Shown here: piece by piece, positions 43,641 through 56,823 of the stretch
Layout: the number at the start of each line of letters is the position of its first letter
Position numbering within the stretch: the stretch's first letter is position 1
Assembly: GCA_012295275.1 (NCBI GenBank)
Contig: CM022672.1
Location: 16,182,001-16,246,000, forward strand
Direction of reading: 5' to 3'
From: Chrysomallon squamiferum
Taxonomy: Eukaryota > Animalia > Mollusca
Length of the DNA: 64,000 nucleotides
Position numbers and translations under genes: made by a program
The notes under the pieces: generated by a model
Database searches by the model: none
What the model saw: the letters and a program-made list of their open reading frames with translations, nothing else
What the model was told of the DNA's origin: nothing

Positions 43641-45039
43641 AAAACCCAACTAACTCTGTTTAAAATAAATTTTCAAAATAAGAAAAACTGTTATGGCCAG
43701 ATTCAGTTTTGAAGAATTGTATGTAAGTTTTAAACAATACATAATGATTATTATATCTCTTCTAACGTTTTCTTTTAATTACATATTAACCCGTTCCAAA
43801 AATAATAAAATTAAAAGCATTTCATATCCAAAAATAAAACAGCAACAACAACTACGACAACAACAACAATAAATAAATAAATAAATAAATAAATAAATTT
43901 AATAATAAAGATGAAATATCGGAAAAATATCTTCTAAGTATTTAGGACGCAGTTTCAGTCATAACGAAGACAGCTGTGCAAGGGTTAACTTTAATCTGGG
44001 TCAGAGGTAAAAACATTATGTGTTTTGTAGATTTTTCTTTGGGTCAATTTAAGGCCAGCGTCATACCCGAGCGAGAATGAGCACAAGAAATTATATCGAT
44101 GTGCCATGAACTCGGAATAACCTCGGATAAGTTCACCTGTTGTAGGTTTCTGTGTAGCTAAAATGACATTTATAGAGAAATATATACCATAGCGTGTCTG
44201 CCTATTTTAATACGACAAACTGTGTGTGTGTGTGTGTGTGTGTGGGTGTGTGTGTATGTTGTATGTATGTCTACATGCATATAAGTAAAAAGAATTAGTG
44301 TAATTTAATTATTTATTTTATTATTGATAATACTACTGCTATTAACATTAGTAGTGGTAGTAATAGAGCAGTAGTAGTAGTAGCAGTAGTAGTAGTAGTA
44401 GTAGTAGTGGTAATAGTAATAATGATAATAATAATAATAATAATAATAAAATGTAAATAAATAAACATATAAGAAAGATTTAAAATTATTTTTCTTGTTA
44501 TTATTATTATCTTCTCTTTTTTTAACTTTCTTATCAGTCATAAAATCTAATCATAATGCCACAGTTATAAATATAATTATAAAAAATAAATTTACAAATA
44601 AATAAAATAAATAATGAACATAATAATAAAATAATCGATAGCATGGTATAAAAATAAAATAACAATAAATGAATGAAAAAAAATATCAACATGAAAACAA
44701 AAATAAAATTAATAATAATAATAATAACAATAACAACAACAACAATAATGAATAAATAAATAAATAAAATAATAATAAACTATATATATATATATATATA
44801 TGTATCGACGTAAAAATGGTATCGAATTGATAATTAATCTCTCTTTGTATCATAGTAATGGTTCTAAGTTAAAGACAAAAAAAGTTTATAAAGATATATA
44901 TATAAAGACATTTTCTGGGTTATGGAATTGTTTTCTTTTGTTCTTTTTCTTCTTCTTTTTTTAAAAAATTATTTAATGGATATGTATTTATTATATATTA
45001 TTTATTATGATTTATTTATTTAGTTAGTTTCTCTTTATT

Positions 45040-45075
<36 letters not shown>

Positions 45076-45228
45076 ATTCAAGTAAACATTAATAACAACT
45101 AAATACTGGAATTGCTTTCTAGAAGGGTAATTATATGAAATTAATATTAAAATTCCACATTCACTTACAGTGAATTTCGAATAACATTTTCAAAACCAAC
45201 ATTTGTTATAAAATAAAATAATTAGAAT

Positions 45229-45315
<87 letters not shown>

Positions 45316-45872
45316 TATATACACACACACACACATATATATAAAATAATAAAAAATAAATAAATAAAAATAAATACACGTAATGAAATTTTTCTTTGGC
45401 TTTTTATATTTTAATTAAATGAAATCTTTAAAAGGTTTTGGATCAAACAATAAAACATGACATTATCGGGGTCATGAACTTTTCTTTTAAATTTAAACCT
45501 TTTTTCATTTTGCTTCTTCTTTGTTTTTCTTTTAGAAATTGAATGCATTTACTCCCGGAAAATTAAAAAATTCCCACTGTCACTTAAAACAATTTGTAAT
45601 TTGTTTTATTTTAAAATGTTTAAAACTTCAGCGGATTGAGAAATTTCTCTACAAATTTACTATCATCATTATTATTATTATTATTATTATTATTCGTTAA
45701 GTAATAAAATAATTATGACGTCATAATAAAATGTTCTAGATACGTAACCATCGCAACAATAAACATACTTCTATCTTCTCGTAATATAGTTAACACTAAG
45801 TACCTGTATTAAATAAGAATTTGCTTAATATTTCCACACAGAAATTGCTGTTGTTGTTGTTGTTGTTCTTAC

Positions 45873-45885
45873 TGACCTCTGACCT
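45873..45885 (-). promoter_or_regulatory. Perfect DR1 nuclear-receptor element (RXRE-like)
   Basis: Plus strand TGACCT c TGACCT equals AGGTCA g AGGTCA on the minus strand. Confidence 0.65.
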
Positions 45886-46478
45886 CTCCACGCCTCTTTC
45901 TCTTTTAAAGACACCTGATATGAGGGTATGAAACAAGAGCTACATAACCTGTCATAACTCTACGACTTCTAAATGGGTTTGTGTATCGGTCACTTGCATT
46001 TTTTAAAAGTGACATCATCTTGGATCCGGTCATGAAGGTCAGGTCAAATGACTGCCCTTCTCTACTAGGTCAACGACGTGACAAAGGCGGACAAAGGTTA
46101 ACGGTGTCCTATATAATAAATGAAACTGACCACCATTTTCCAGTTTTTGAAAAAATGGACTGTATTTTTGGCTAATGTTTATTAAGACCTAATGTTGATT
46201 ATCTTTTACAAAGTATATATTTGTGTGTTTGTATATGTGAGTGCTTCTTGCTGTACGCTAAACAGATATCTGTTTGGTTATATATATCTGATGTAACAAC
46301 ATAAAAAGAATATACCGCCGTTATTTAATACATTTATTTTGAAATGTTTTATATGTTTATTTGAATTAGTGTTTATACATGCTTCAGGTTATATTTTATT
46401 ATTGTTGTTGTTGTTGTTGCTGCTGCTTTTGCTGTTGTCGTCGTTGTCATTGATATAATGTTGTAGTTACTATTATTA

Positions 46479-46537
<59 letters not shown>

Positions 46538-46560
46538 GTTTCAGAATTTGTCATGTTCAT

Positions 46561-46618
<58 letters not shown>

Positions 46619-46901
46619 CAAATACGCTGAAGGATGAATTAAGTTACTGTCTGCGTCTACCGTGTAACATTTGATGATGTAATTCTATCTCATGATACAC
46701 TATGCCGCCACAACAAAAACAAAAAGGTGAATTAAAGGTTAGTGCGTCGTGAAAATTATAAATAAAATAAATAAAACAAAATAAACAAATAAAATAGAAT
46801 AAAATAAACAAACAACCAATCAACTACAAAACAACAATAACAAAACCAGCAATAATAATAATAATAATATATATATAAATATATAAACACACAAAAAAAA
46901 A

Positions 46902-46944
<43 letters not shown>

Positions 46945-47409
46945 CAATAAAAAAGCTTTGTCATTTTCAAGTGGATTTTATTTTGTACTTTATTTCCTAA
47001 CATTTTCTAAATTAAACCTCGACAAGTATCTATGTAAGTTAATAATTTAAAAAGAAACAGAAGAAATTGTGTGTATGTGTGCGAGTGTGTATGCGCATGC
47101 GCATTCACCATTGCGACATAATTAATCATAACTGAGTGAGATGTGTCATCACTGTTTAAAAACGTAAAAAGTCAAAAGCAGTTGATATTAAATGTTTCAT
47201 GATAATAAGTTCTTCCAGTGTGTGAAGAAAGCAGAAAAGACCTAAAGGTATCATTAAAATTTTAACTTATCACTGCAGTGAAATACTGCACCATGCGTCA
47301 TTTGATATCTGTGAAACGAGACAGAACAGGTGCATCTCACACAGAGCTGCGTTCCTTCAGTATCATAAGACTTCTGTCATAACCGAGCAGAAAATGCGTG
47401 TCAGCTCGA

Positions 47410-47665
47410 GGCCGTAACTAGACTCTTTTTGAAATGAGGCAAAAAAAAAAAAAAAAAAAAAAAACACTTAAAAATATTTGGGTGAAGGGCCTGGGTAACC
47501 GTAGATATAAACGAATTGATTCAGTGGATATCGTTTCTATTGGAAAAGAGATTTATTTTTATATTTTTTTTAATAAAATCATTGTATCAAAAAAAAAAAA
47601 AAATAAATAAATAGTCAGTTTCGGCATAAGGTATTTGCCTCATTTGCCTCAATGTAGTTACGGCC
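47410..47665. mobile_element. MITE-like element with terminal inverted repeats
   Basis: GGCCGTAACTA (47410-47420) and TAGTTACGGCC (47655-47665), plus the subterminal inverted pair AAATGAGGCAAA / TTTGCCTCATTT. No clear TSD. Confidence 0.75.
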
Positions 47666-48716
47666 ATGCAGACCTTCATAATGGTACACATTTGGCTGTT
47701 AACCATTTCAACTTACTGACAGGTGTGATACATTATATGTTCTGTTAATGGGAAGGTTCATATTTAAATATCTTGCCGCTATTCGACAATAGTAACCTTT
47801 GTATGACATGAAGTATATTTCCTGTCTCTTAATCATTACATAAAAATAAAACGCCAATACTAAATTTTGGTGTGTACCAATCAACAAATTTTCTTCCTTC
47901 TTTTCTTCTTCTTAACATCATCATCATCATCATCATCATCATCACTGTTGTTATTGCTGTTGCTTATGTTGATGCTGAAAGATTTTTCTAAATTTGTATT
48001 CGTGTTTAACGATACAAAAAACAGAGGCAGATCTGTGATTTCTGAAAGGGGGTTTTATCAAAGTGACTTACATAACAAAGTGAAAAAAAAATAATAATAA
48101 AAAATAAAATAATAAATAAATAAAATAAAATGAAGAAAACAATAATAATAGTTAAAAAAATAAATAAATAAACAAAAATTGCTCGGAACAAAAATAGAGA
48201 TGGAAGGCAAAAGACTGCTTTAGCTAACATATTATGACTATAATACAGGTATATCTCTCAAGTTCATTGACATTTTGCTACAAATTTTTTTGGTTTGATA
48301 TATAGCAAATAATAGAATGCCTAGACTGTCAAGTTTGTACCAAAGCATGTGTCACTGCTCACAAAGTGGGTGGAGTTAAGTGTTAGTGGTTAAATCAGAA
48401 GGCGTGTCTTAAAATGTTCACGTGATCATTCACCCAGGTTCAACAACCAAACTAAATAATTTAACCTTTTTTTTCATTATCACGGTGAGATTGTAATTAA
48501 ATAAATATGTTAAATTTTATAAAATTACAATTTTGACTAATTAATTCATCCTTAATCTTTATTAAATTGTGTTTTTATTTATTTACAATTAACGTATTAA
48601 TTGATATACTGATTTGGAGACAGTTAATCAATATGCTCCATCGCATCAACTATATATATGTTCGCACACGCATGTTGTGGGTTGGTTTAGCGTGTCTGTT
48701 CCCGCCTCGATCTGAA

Positions 48717-48891
48717 AGGTCGGCTGCAAAGAGGGGTCAGAGGTCATGCCAGTAAGAACAAAAGGGTCAAAACAGTGGCCTGGCCATCCCTCTTTTTTGT
48801 TACGTAGATAATTCGAATTATAATTATTTACCAAATAATCCAAATATGGCTTCCGTATAAAAACCTCGCTGCATTACCAATGTCCGTCAGT
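48717..48891 (+). promoter_or_regulatory. CYP26 core promoter with proximal DR1
   Basis: DR1 GGGTCA g AGGTCA at 48734-48746, extra half-sites AGGTCG (48717) and GGGTCA (48764), TATAAAA at 48856-48862 and Inr-like TCAGT at 48887-48891 at canonical spacing (about 30 nt). Confidence 0.7.
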
Positions 48892-48936
48892 ATATTCCGC
48901 TTCTGTTTGATTAGAGAGACTCTGTTATGCTGTAAT

Positions 48937-49233
48937 ATGCATGTTTCACCGTCTAACGAATCCCACTCTTACACCCTACTTTCACCCGATTTCGTGCCAT
49001 GTATGGAATATTCAAGGTATGTCTTGTACTTTTATATTTAATAGCAAATGAAATTACTAAGAATATTTTAATTTTTATTAACAGTTTTCTTTTTGTTTTT
49101 GTTGATTTGTTGTTTGTTTTGTATTTTTTTGTTTTTTTGTTGTTCTTTTTTAAATGGAATTTGAATTCGTATCCAGCACGGAAAAAAATTCAAGATTTCT
49201 TACGAATTAATATTTTAGTTAAAATATAATTTT

Positions 49234-49264
<31 letters not shown>

Positions 49265-51126
49265 GTGTATCTATCTGTTTATTTAATCGAATTTGAATTC
49301 GTACTCAACAAATAATTTTCAAAGTATTTAAATGTATCTTCTTAAATCGTGAAACGATGTTATTTGAAATAAATAATCAAATAAATAAATGTAGCATAAA
49401 TAACATAATCGTAGTAGTAACATCTGTTTGGTTTTTTTTTAAGAAAAAAAAAATCCTGCATTACAATAGATCATAATATGTTATTTTACAATAAAAGACC
49501 ATACTTTATATTACAATAAATTACGTTACTTTACATTTCAAGACATTATTTACGTTATATTACAATAAATTACGTTACTTTACATTTCAAACCATTCTTT
49601 ACGTTATATTACACGTATATATCAAGTAACATTAAATTAATACAGGTCACGCTAAGTGACATCATGTTACGCTATAATGCAATTGATTATTCTTAAGATC
49701 AAGAGCAATGGATCAACGTTACTTTATATTACTGTTATGGTAAATCAAATAATTTCACATTAAAACAAATCAATTTACTTTACATTACAATATATCTCGT
49801 TACTTTATATTATCATATATCACGCTATGTTATATTACAATAGATCACGTTGCTTTATATTATAATATATCATGTTACTTTATATTACACTATATCGCGC
49901 AATGTTACAGTAGCTCACGTTACTTTATATTACACTAGATCACATTACTTTATATTACAAAAGATCACAGTACTTTATGTTACAATAGATCACGTTAGTC
50001 TATATTACAGTATATCACGTTATTTTATATTATAATATATCATGTTACTTTATGTCACAACAGATCACGTTATGTTATACTGCAGTAAATCACGTTGCTA
50101 TATACTACACTAAATCACGTTACTTTATACTACAATAAATCACGTTAATTAATACTACAATAAATCACGTTAGTTTATGTCGCAATACATCACGTTATTT
50201 CTTATTACAATAGATCACATTACTTTATATTACAATAGAACACATTACTTAATATTACAATAGATCACGTAACTTCATATTACACTAAATCACATTACTT
50301 TATATTACAGTAGACACGATAGACTATCTTGCAACATATTACCTTTATAGATCACAGTACCTTGTGTTACAATGTCATATATCACTTTATATTCCAGTAT
50401 ATCACGCTATATTACAGTATAGCGCGATACACTGTAATATAAAGTAACGTGATTACAATAAATCAAACAGATCACATTACTTTATATTACAATATATTAC
50501 ACGTTACATTATATTACAACAGCTCATGTTACTTTATATTACAATATATCTCGTTACGTTTAGTTTCAGTAAATTATGTTGCTTTATATTTCAGTAGATC
50601 ACGTTATTTTATATCATGTTACATTACAAGATATCACATTATGTTATATTAAATTATATCATGTCACACTGCATTACACTAGATCACGTTACTGTATGTT
50701 GTACTTATTAGAACGTGATAAGTTCATGAACTATTTAACAATTGTCAACATAAACACTGCAATTTTTTTTGTTTTTTTAAATTATGCTGCACTTCAATGT
50801 TTACTAACTAATGCTATAATAAAAAAACAGAAAATAAACATTTAATTAAGTTTTATCCGGTAAATATAAACAACAAATTCAAACAAAACTACGAATTCTG
50901 CTACAAAAATAACAGCAACAGAAACTACTGCTGCTACTACTATTCATAACGTAATAACGTAACGCAAAACTGCCAGTACTACTGCTACTACTACTGCTAT
51001 CTTGTTCTATTTATAAAGAAAAGGCTTTTAGCTTTCTAACATATATGCGAAGTAATGAAATGCATAAATGTTATTCTGTTAGGTGTATGGTAACCTCTTT
51101 ACATCAAGCCTAGTATTTATGAAACT

Positions 51127-51223
<97 letters not shown>

Positions 51224-51507
51224 CACATATACATTTTACTTTATTAAGGCGTTGTTGTTGTATTTTTGTTTTTTAAAGTGAATTCTACAGATTAGATTTA
51301 TCGAGTATTCTGAGAAGTGTTATGACAACCTCGATGATCGCGACTCTGTTACTCGTTATTTCTTATCATCTCTGGTACATCTACATCGTGAGATGTCGAG
51401 ACCATACGTGTAAACTTCCGCTTCCGCCTGGCAGCATGGGATTTCCAATAATAGGAGAAACTCCAAGTTTACTAATTATGGTAATTATATCAAACAGTTT
51501 TAGAGAC

Positions 51508-51601
<94 letters not shown>

Positions 51602-51650
51602 TTAATAATATATTTATTCAATTTATAAATTATAAAGTAGTAAAGAAAAG

Positions 51651-51735
<85 letters not shown>

Positions 51736-52423
51736 TTTTTAGATATTTAATAGCTATTAGAAAAAAAAATGTAGTTAACATATAAACAACTGTATTTATT
51801 ATATTTCTCGGGACAAATTATTTTCTATTCCAACAGGGTGCTCATTTTTACAGAAAGCGAGTAAAATTATACGGCAACGTGTTCAAGACCCATCTCCTTG
51901 GCAACCCCACCATTCGAGTAGTCGGCGCCAAGAACATCAGAAAGATCATAACGGGAGAAGGAACTCTTGTGACCGGATACTGGCCTATGAGTGTGCGCAT
52001 ACTCATGGGAGAGGGCACGATCACCCACTCCGTTGGCGAAACTCACCGTCTGCGACGCAAGGCCGTTGTGAAGGCGTTCAGCTACGACTCTCTTTCGTCC
52101 TACGTGCCGACGATACGGAGCATCGCGAAGATGTTCATAAGGAGGTGGTGTCGCCATGGTTACGTGCTTGGGTTTCCCGAGTGTAAAAATATGACGTTCA
52201 CGATTGCTAGTAACGTGCTCGTGGGTTTCCGGCTGACAGCGAGCGAGCATGAAGAACTTGTTGAAACTTTTCATCAGTACGTCAGCTGTCTCTTCTCGTT
52301 GCCGGTTAATGTCCCAGGATCAGGGTTGTACAAGGTAATCGAATAGTGATCAGTGTTTTGGCATCCAACAAGCTGGTACGTCGTGGATACAGCTGATAAG
52401 TGTGTGAATGTTATTGTATGTGC

Positions 52424-52465
<42 letters not shown>

Positions 52466-52577
52466 TGATGTTGCTAGATAAAAACATGCATGTATACATT
52501 CAAACGATGAATAGTATACATCCTTAACATACACATACGCACATACACACACATGTGTGAGTGTGTGCGTGGTGTAC

Positions 52578-52617
<40 letters not shown>

Positions 52618-53843
52618 CATGATCGTAACTTCTTACTCGTAGTTAAAAAAAGAAAAGAAAAAGAAGTATGTAGACTTGCACCAGTCGATATCATTATTAA
52701 TTTTGTTTCAGGGTATAACAGCGAGACGAAGACTCATGGAGAAGATTGAAAAGTGCATAAAGAAGAAACACGACAGCTCCAACAAAGACAATAATACTTT
52801 CGTTGATGTCGTTTCTTTGATGATGGATCATGTGGACAACAAAGAACTCAGTGAACAAGAAGTGAAGGATCTAGCTCTGGAGTTGCTTTTCGCGGGACAT
52901 GCCACGTGCGCTAGCGCCTGCTCCTCCCTGCTCCTACATCTGGCCAAGAACAAGCACGTGATAGAAAAGGTGAAGGCAGAACTTCAGGAGAATGGACTGG
53001 GCGACGAAGACGCTGATGAGTTCACGTACGAAAGCTTTGCGAAACTGAAGTATCTGTCAAACGTGGTGAAGGAAGTGTTAAGGGTATCCCCGCCTGTTGG
53101 TGCTGGATTCAGAAAAGCTCTGCAGACATTTGAAATGGATGTAAGATTTTGTTTTGAAAATAGTTACAGTACTAGACATAGAGTTCGGTTTGACCCCGGC
53201 AACAATCAATCAATCAGTCAATATACACATATGTATAAATGTGTGTGTGTGTGTGTGTGTGTGCGCGTGTGTTTCTTTGTCTTTAAATACGGATCATATT
53301 TGTAACATTTATTTTGTAAGAAACATATATAACAAGATAGAAAACACAGACAACACACAGAAATATATAAATATTTTTCTTTAAAAATAGGGATCATAGT
53401 TACAATATTTTATTTGATAAAGACATAAACAAACAAACGAATTAATAACCTTTCTTTGGGTATTTCAGGGTTATCAGATTCCAAAAGGATGGACTGTAGT
53501 GTTCAGTATTCGAGAAACTCACGAAAACTCGAATATGTTCTCAAACGTGGAACAGTTTGACCCAGACAGATGGGAGACAATTAGGAATGAATGTTTTAAT
53601 TACCTCCCTTTTGGCGGAGGGCGCCGCTCTTGTCCTGGACAAGAATTCGCTAAACTTGTACTTAAAATGTTCGCTATTGAGCTAGCGCGAAACTGTACGT
53701 GGAAACTCTTAAACGAATCTGCAAAGATGACGTATATTCCTGTCCCTCATCCCGTTGATAATCTTCCAATTCAATTTTCGCAGTTATCTAACAACATGAA
53801 AGAGTGTAGTGTTCCGCTTCTTAGTGACGGAAAAAATAAATAA
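48937..53843 (+). CDS. CYP26: Cytochrome P450 family 26 (retinoic acid hydroxylase-like), 5 coding exons, 501-523 aa depending on start codon
   Basis: Exons 48937 (or 49003)-49016, 51291-51480, 51837-52334, 52712-53140 and 53469-53843, all GT-AG and in phase. Motifs: LPLPPGSMGFPIIGET, YGNVFKTHLLGNPTIRV (CYP26-typical), I-helix ELLFAGHATCASA, KEVLR (ExxR), GYQIPKGWTVVFSIRETH, FDPDRW and heme loop FGGGRRSCPG. Exon 1 is inferred; exons 2-5 are secure. Confidence 0.92.
49455..50700. repeat. Degenerate 25-bp satellite array (about 1.2 kb) in CYP26 intron 1
   Basis: Consensus approximately atattacaatagatcacgttacttt repeated with many substitutions. Confidence 0.9.
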
Positions 53844-54268
53844 ATAAAATTAAGAGAAAACTGATACTTTTATGTATGTGATATATTTCTAATGATTTTT
53901 TCCCCCCCATCAAGAATTTAAAAATTATTTTCTGAAGTTTGAAGGATGAGTAATTGAAATCTTTATTTTGCCTATTTAAATTTAAATGAACGTATTTTCT
54001 TCCTTAAGAAAAGACAAAACAAAATCCATTCTGACATAAATCGGTCAGTAAATAAATAAACAAATAAAAATAGATAAATCCCAACTGAAACACAGAGTAC
54101 GATAGATACTGCAGTACATGTACTCGTTCCAGAACTCTAACTTTTATATATAAACTGCTATGTTCTTACATCATGAGTAAACTTACTTAACTTACTACAG
54201 AAGAGTGGAAGCTTTTCGTGCAATGAGAAGATATGATCTCCGAGTATCAACCTGTTTATTTATTTATT

Positions 54269-54339
<71 letters not shown>

Positions 54340-54357
54340 AAAAAATTAAAAAAATAA

Positions 54358-54395
<38 letters not shown>

Positions 54396-54756
54396 AAAAA
54401 CACATCAGATAATAAAAACAGAAATATTTCCCAGCATAGTTAAAATTCAGAATAATCACACATAGGAAATAAACCTTTAGAAACATTTAATCTGTGGTAT
54501 AATATGAACGTGATATGATACATTCTAGCTAAAGACAGGATTAAACTAAATATTTTCAAGCTAGGAATTAGTGTACAGGTTTTAAAGTCACGACGACACA
54601 TGTCTAGTTTATTGAAATTTTTTTTTTTTTTAAATGACATGCAGTATGTATACTCAGGGTTAAACAATACTATACTAAGGATAACAAAATATTTAATTTC
54701 AGACTTCTCATTTTTCGTAGCAATGGCGGATCTAGGAGGTTTAAAACAACAACAAT

Positions 54757-54819
<63 letters not shown>

Positions 54820-55675
54820 ATTCGCTTCATGGTCCGTTTAATTTTCTAAAAATATTTTCAGTGTTTATGCAGTCACTCACTTTAGTCCCACAATTAACGA
54901 ATAGAAAAAAAAAAATCGTTAAAATCTATCTCACAGATTATGTAATTTGAAAAAAGAAAAATTTCAACTCTAAACCTGCACAACTATAAACTTTCACAGA
55001 AATGTTTGTTAACCTCAGAGTGACGTAAAGCTGTATCGAGGTTACGAGAGAATTTCTTTTTTTTTTTTTTTCACTTACTAGTGTATAATTACTAAACTTC
55101 GGTTACATAAGATTTTAAATCCGGGTCAAATTACTCTTTCAGTTCTTATCGGTTCACCTGGACACGAAAACATCTTTGAAAAGAAAGCATCTGTCGCTTT
55201 GAAAGATATCACATTTTAAGACTTTACCTCACAGAAGTTGTACCATCCCATCCCGACCTCAACGTGAACAGTTATTTAATACCTTTGTCTTAAAACACCC
55301 CTGATACACTGTTTAATACCTTAGTGTTATAATAAATAGAAACAGAAACACACTGGGTTAGGTTTTGAAATGCAACTCAGATGCATGTGTGTGTATATAT
55401 ATATATTATTATTATTATTATTGTTTTATTTTTATTTTTATTTTTATTTTTATTATTGCCAGTGGAGAGCAGAAGTTAAATAGTTCTAATATTAGATCCG
55501 GTCCACGATCTTAGCGTCAGTCGTAGGCTAATATTATGCTAAATATCATTATTTATTTATTTATGTATTCTCACAACTTCTAAAAAAAAAAAAAAGAAGA
55601 AGAAGAAAAAGAAAGTAACTAAAATATCCTTCCTATAATAAAATATAATTATTACTGATTTTCCTTTAATTCTTC

Positions 55676-55709
<34 letters not shown>

Positions 55710-55957
55710 TGGAAGGACGTATGGATGTATATGTACTTACTTAACGGTTATATTATATTTCTACTAAATCGAAGAGAAATTTGCTGTGCGAACTCGGCTC
55801 AGCCCATCCAGAAATCGAGTTCTTGTTAGTTATTAAATTATAATTATTTTGTTTTCATGTCACCGATTTATTGATTTTACTTTTTTATTTATTTTTTTTA
55901 ATCTGATTTAAAAATATTTTAAACTGTATTCAACATATTACATATAAACCAGTACTT

Positions 55958-55993
<36 letters not shown>

Positions 55994-56823
55994 TACACGT
56001 ACACATTATATAAACAAACAAAAAATAAAATAAAAAATAAAAAATCATTTAAAACTATAAGTAAAAAAGAAGAAGCGAAGTAACCGTTGAATTATTTAAA
56101 GACAAATGGAGTAATCTCCCTTAAAACGCATAACTAACATGCTAGCAGCATCTTTATTTATTAAACTTACGCAGTTAATGTTTTTTCCCCCTCCTCGTCA
56201 TTATTATTATTATTTATTTATTTTAAACAGTTACCATTCATTCACGCAAAAATAAAACTCATCGATCCATGATAATCACCCGTGTACGTGATATCTGTTG
56301 TAAAATTATAATATCTCCACTAGCACATTATAAATTTTACATTTGATAATACGACTAGTAATCAATATATTATCATTCGTAATATTAACGTTCATTTTTG
56401 GATATATGGAAAATGTGTTATATCAGGATGGCTCCAATAGTTTTCTGTTTAGTATATAAAACAAAAATCCACTTCCAGAATAAACAGACACATAATCATG
56501 AACTCAGGAAGAAAATGTATTCTTTTTCGTACACAGACGATACTTTGGAGCTTTTTAGTTTAAAAATAAATACTGATATCACAAAACATATCTGAGGCAC
56601 ATTTGTTAAAATTTATTTACATTCAAATTCACATTTCACAATGTGTTCAAAACCGATGCTCAAATACGATTTATACAACCAGTTTATACAAATTTTATTA
56701 CAAATACAACACAGATGTGCTTAGAAAAATAGAAAGCTATCGTACAAGAAAATCGCGAGACGCAAACACATTTCAATCTGAAGCAACGCTACCGTCATTA
56801 CATTTAAAAGAAAAAGAAGATCT

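Noticed and set aside
48427-48442. CATTCAcccaGGTTCA, superficially like the vertebrate Cyp26a1 proximal RARE (AGTTCAcccaaAGTTCA)
   Set aside because: The spacer is 4 nt and the first half-site has two mismatches, so the resemblance is probably chance.
51867-52274. 135-aa minus-strand ORF over CYP26 exon 3
   Set aside because: Antisense shadow of the coding exon.
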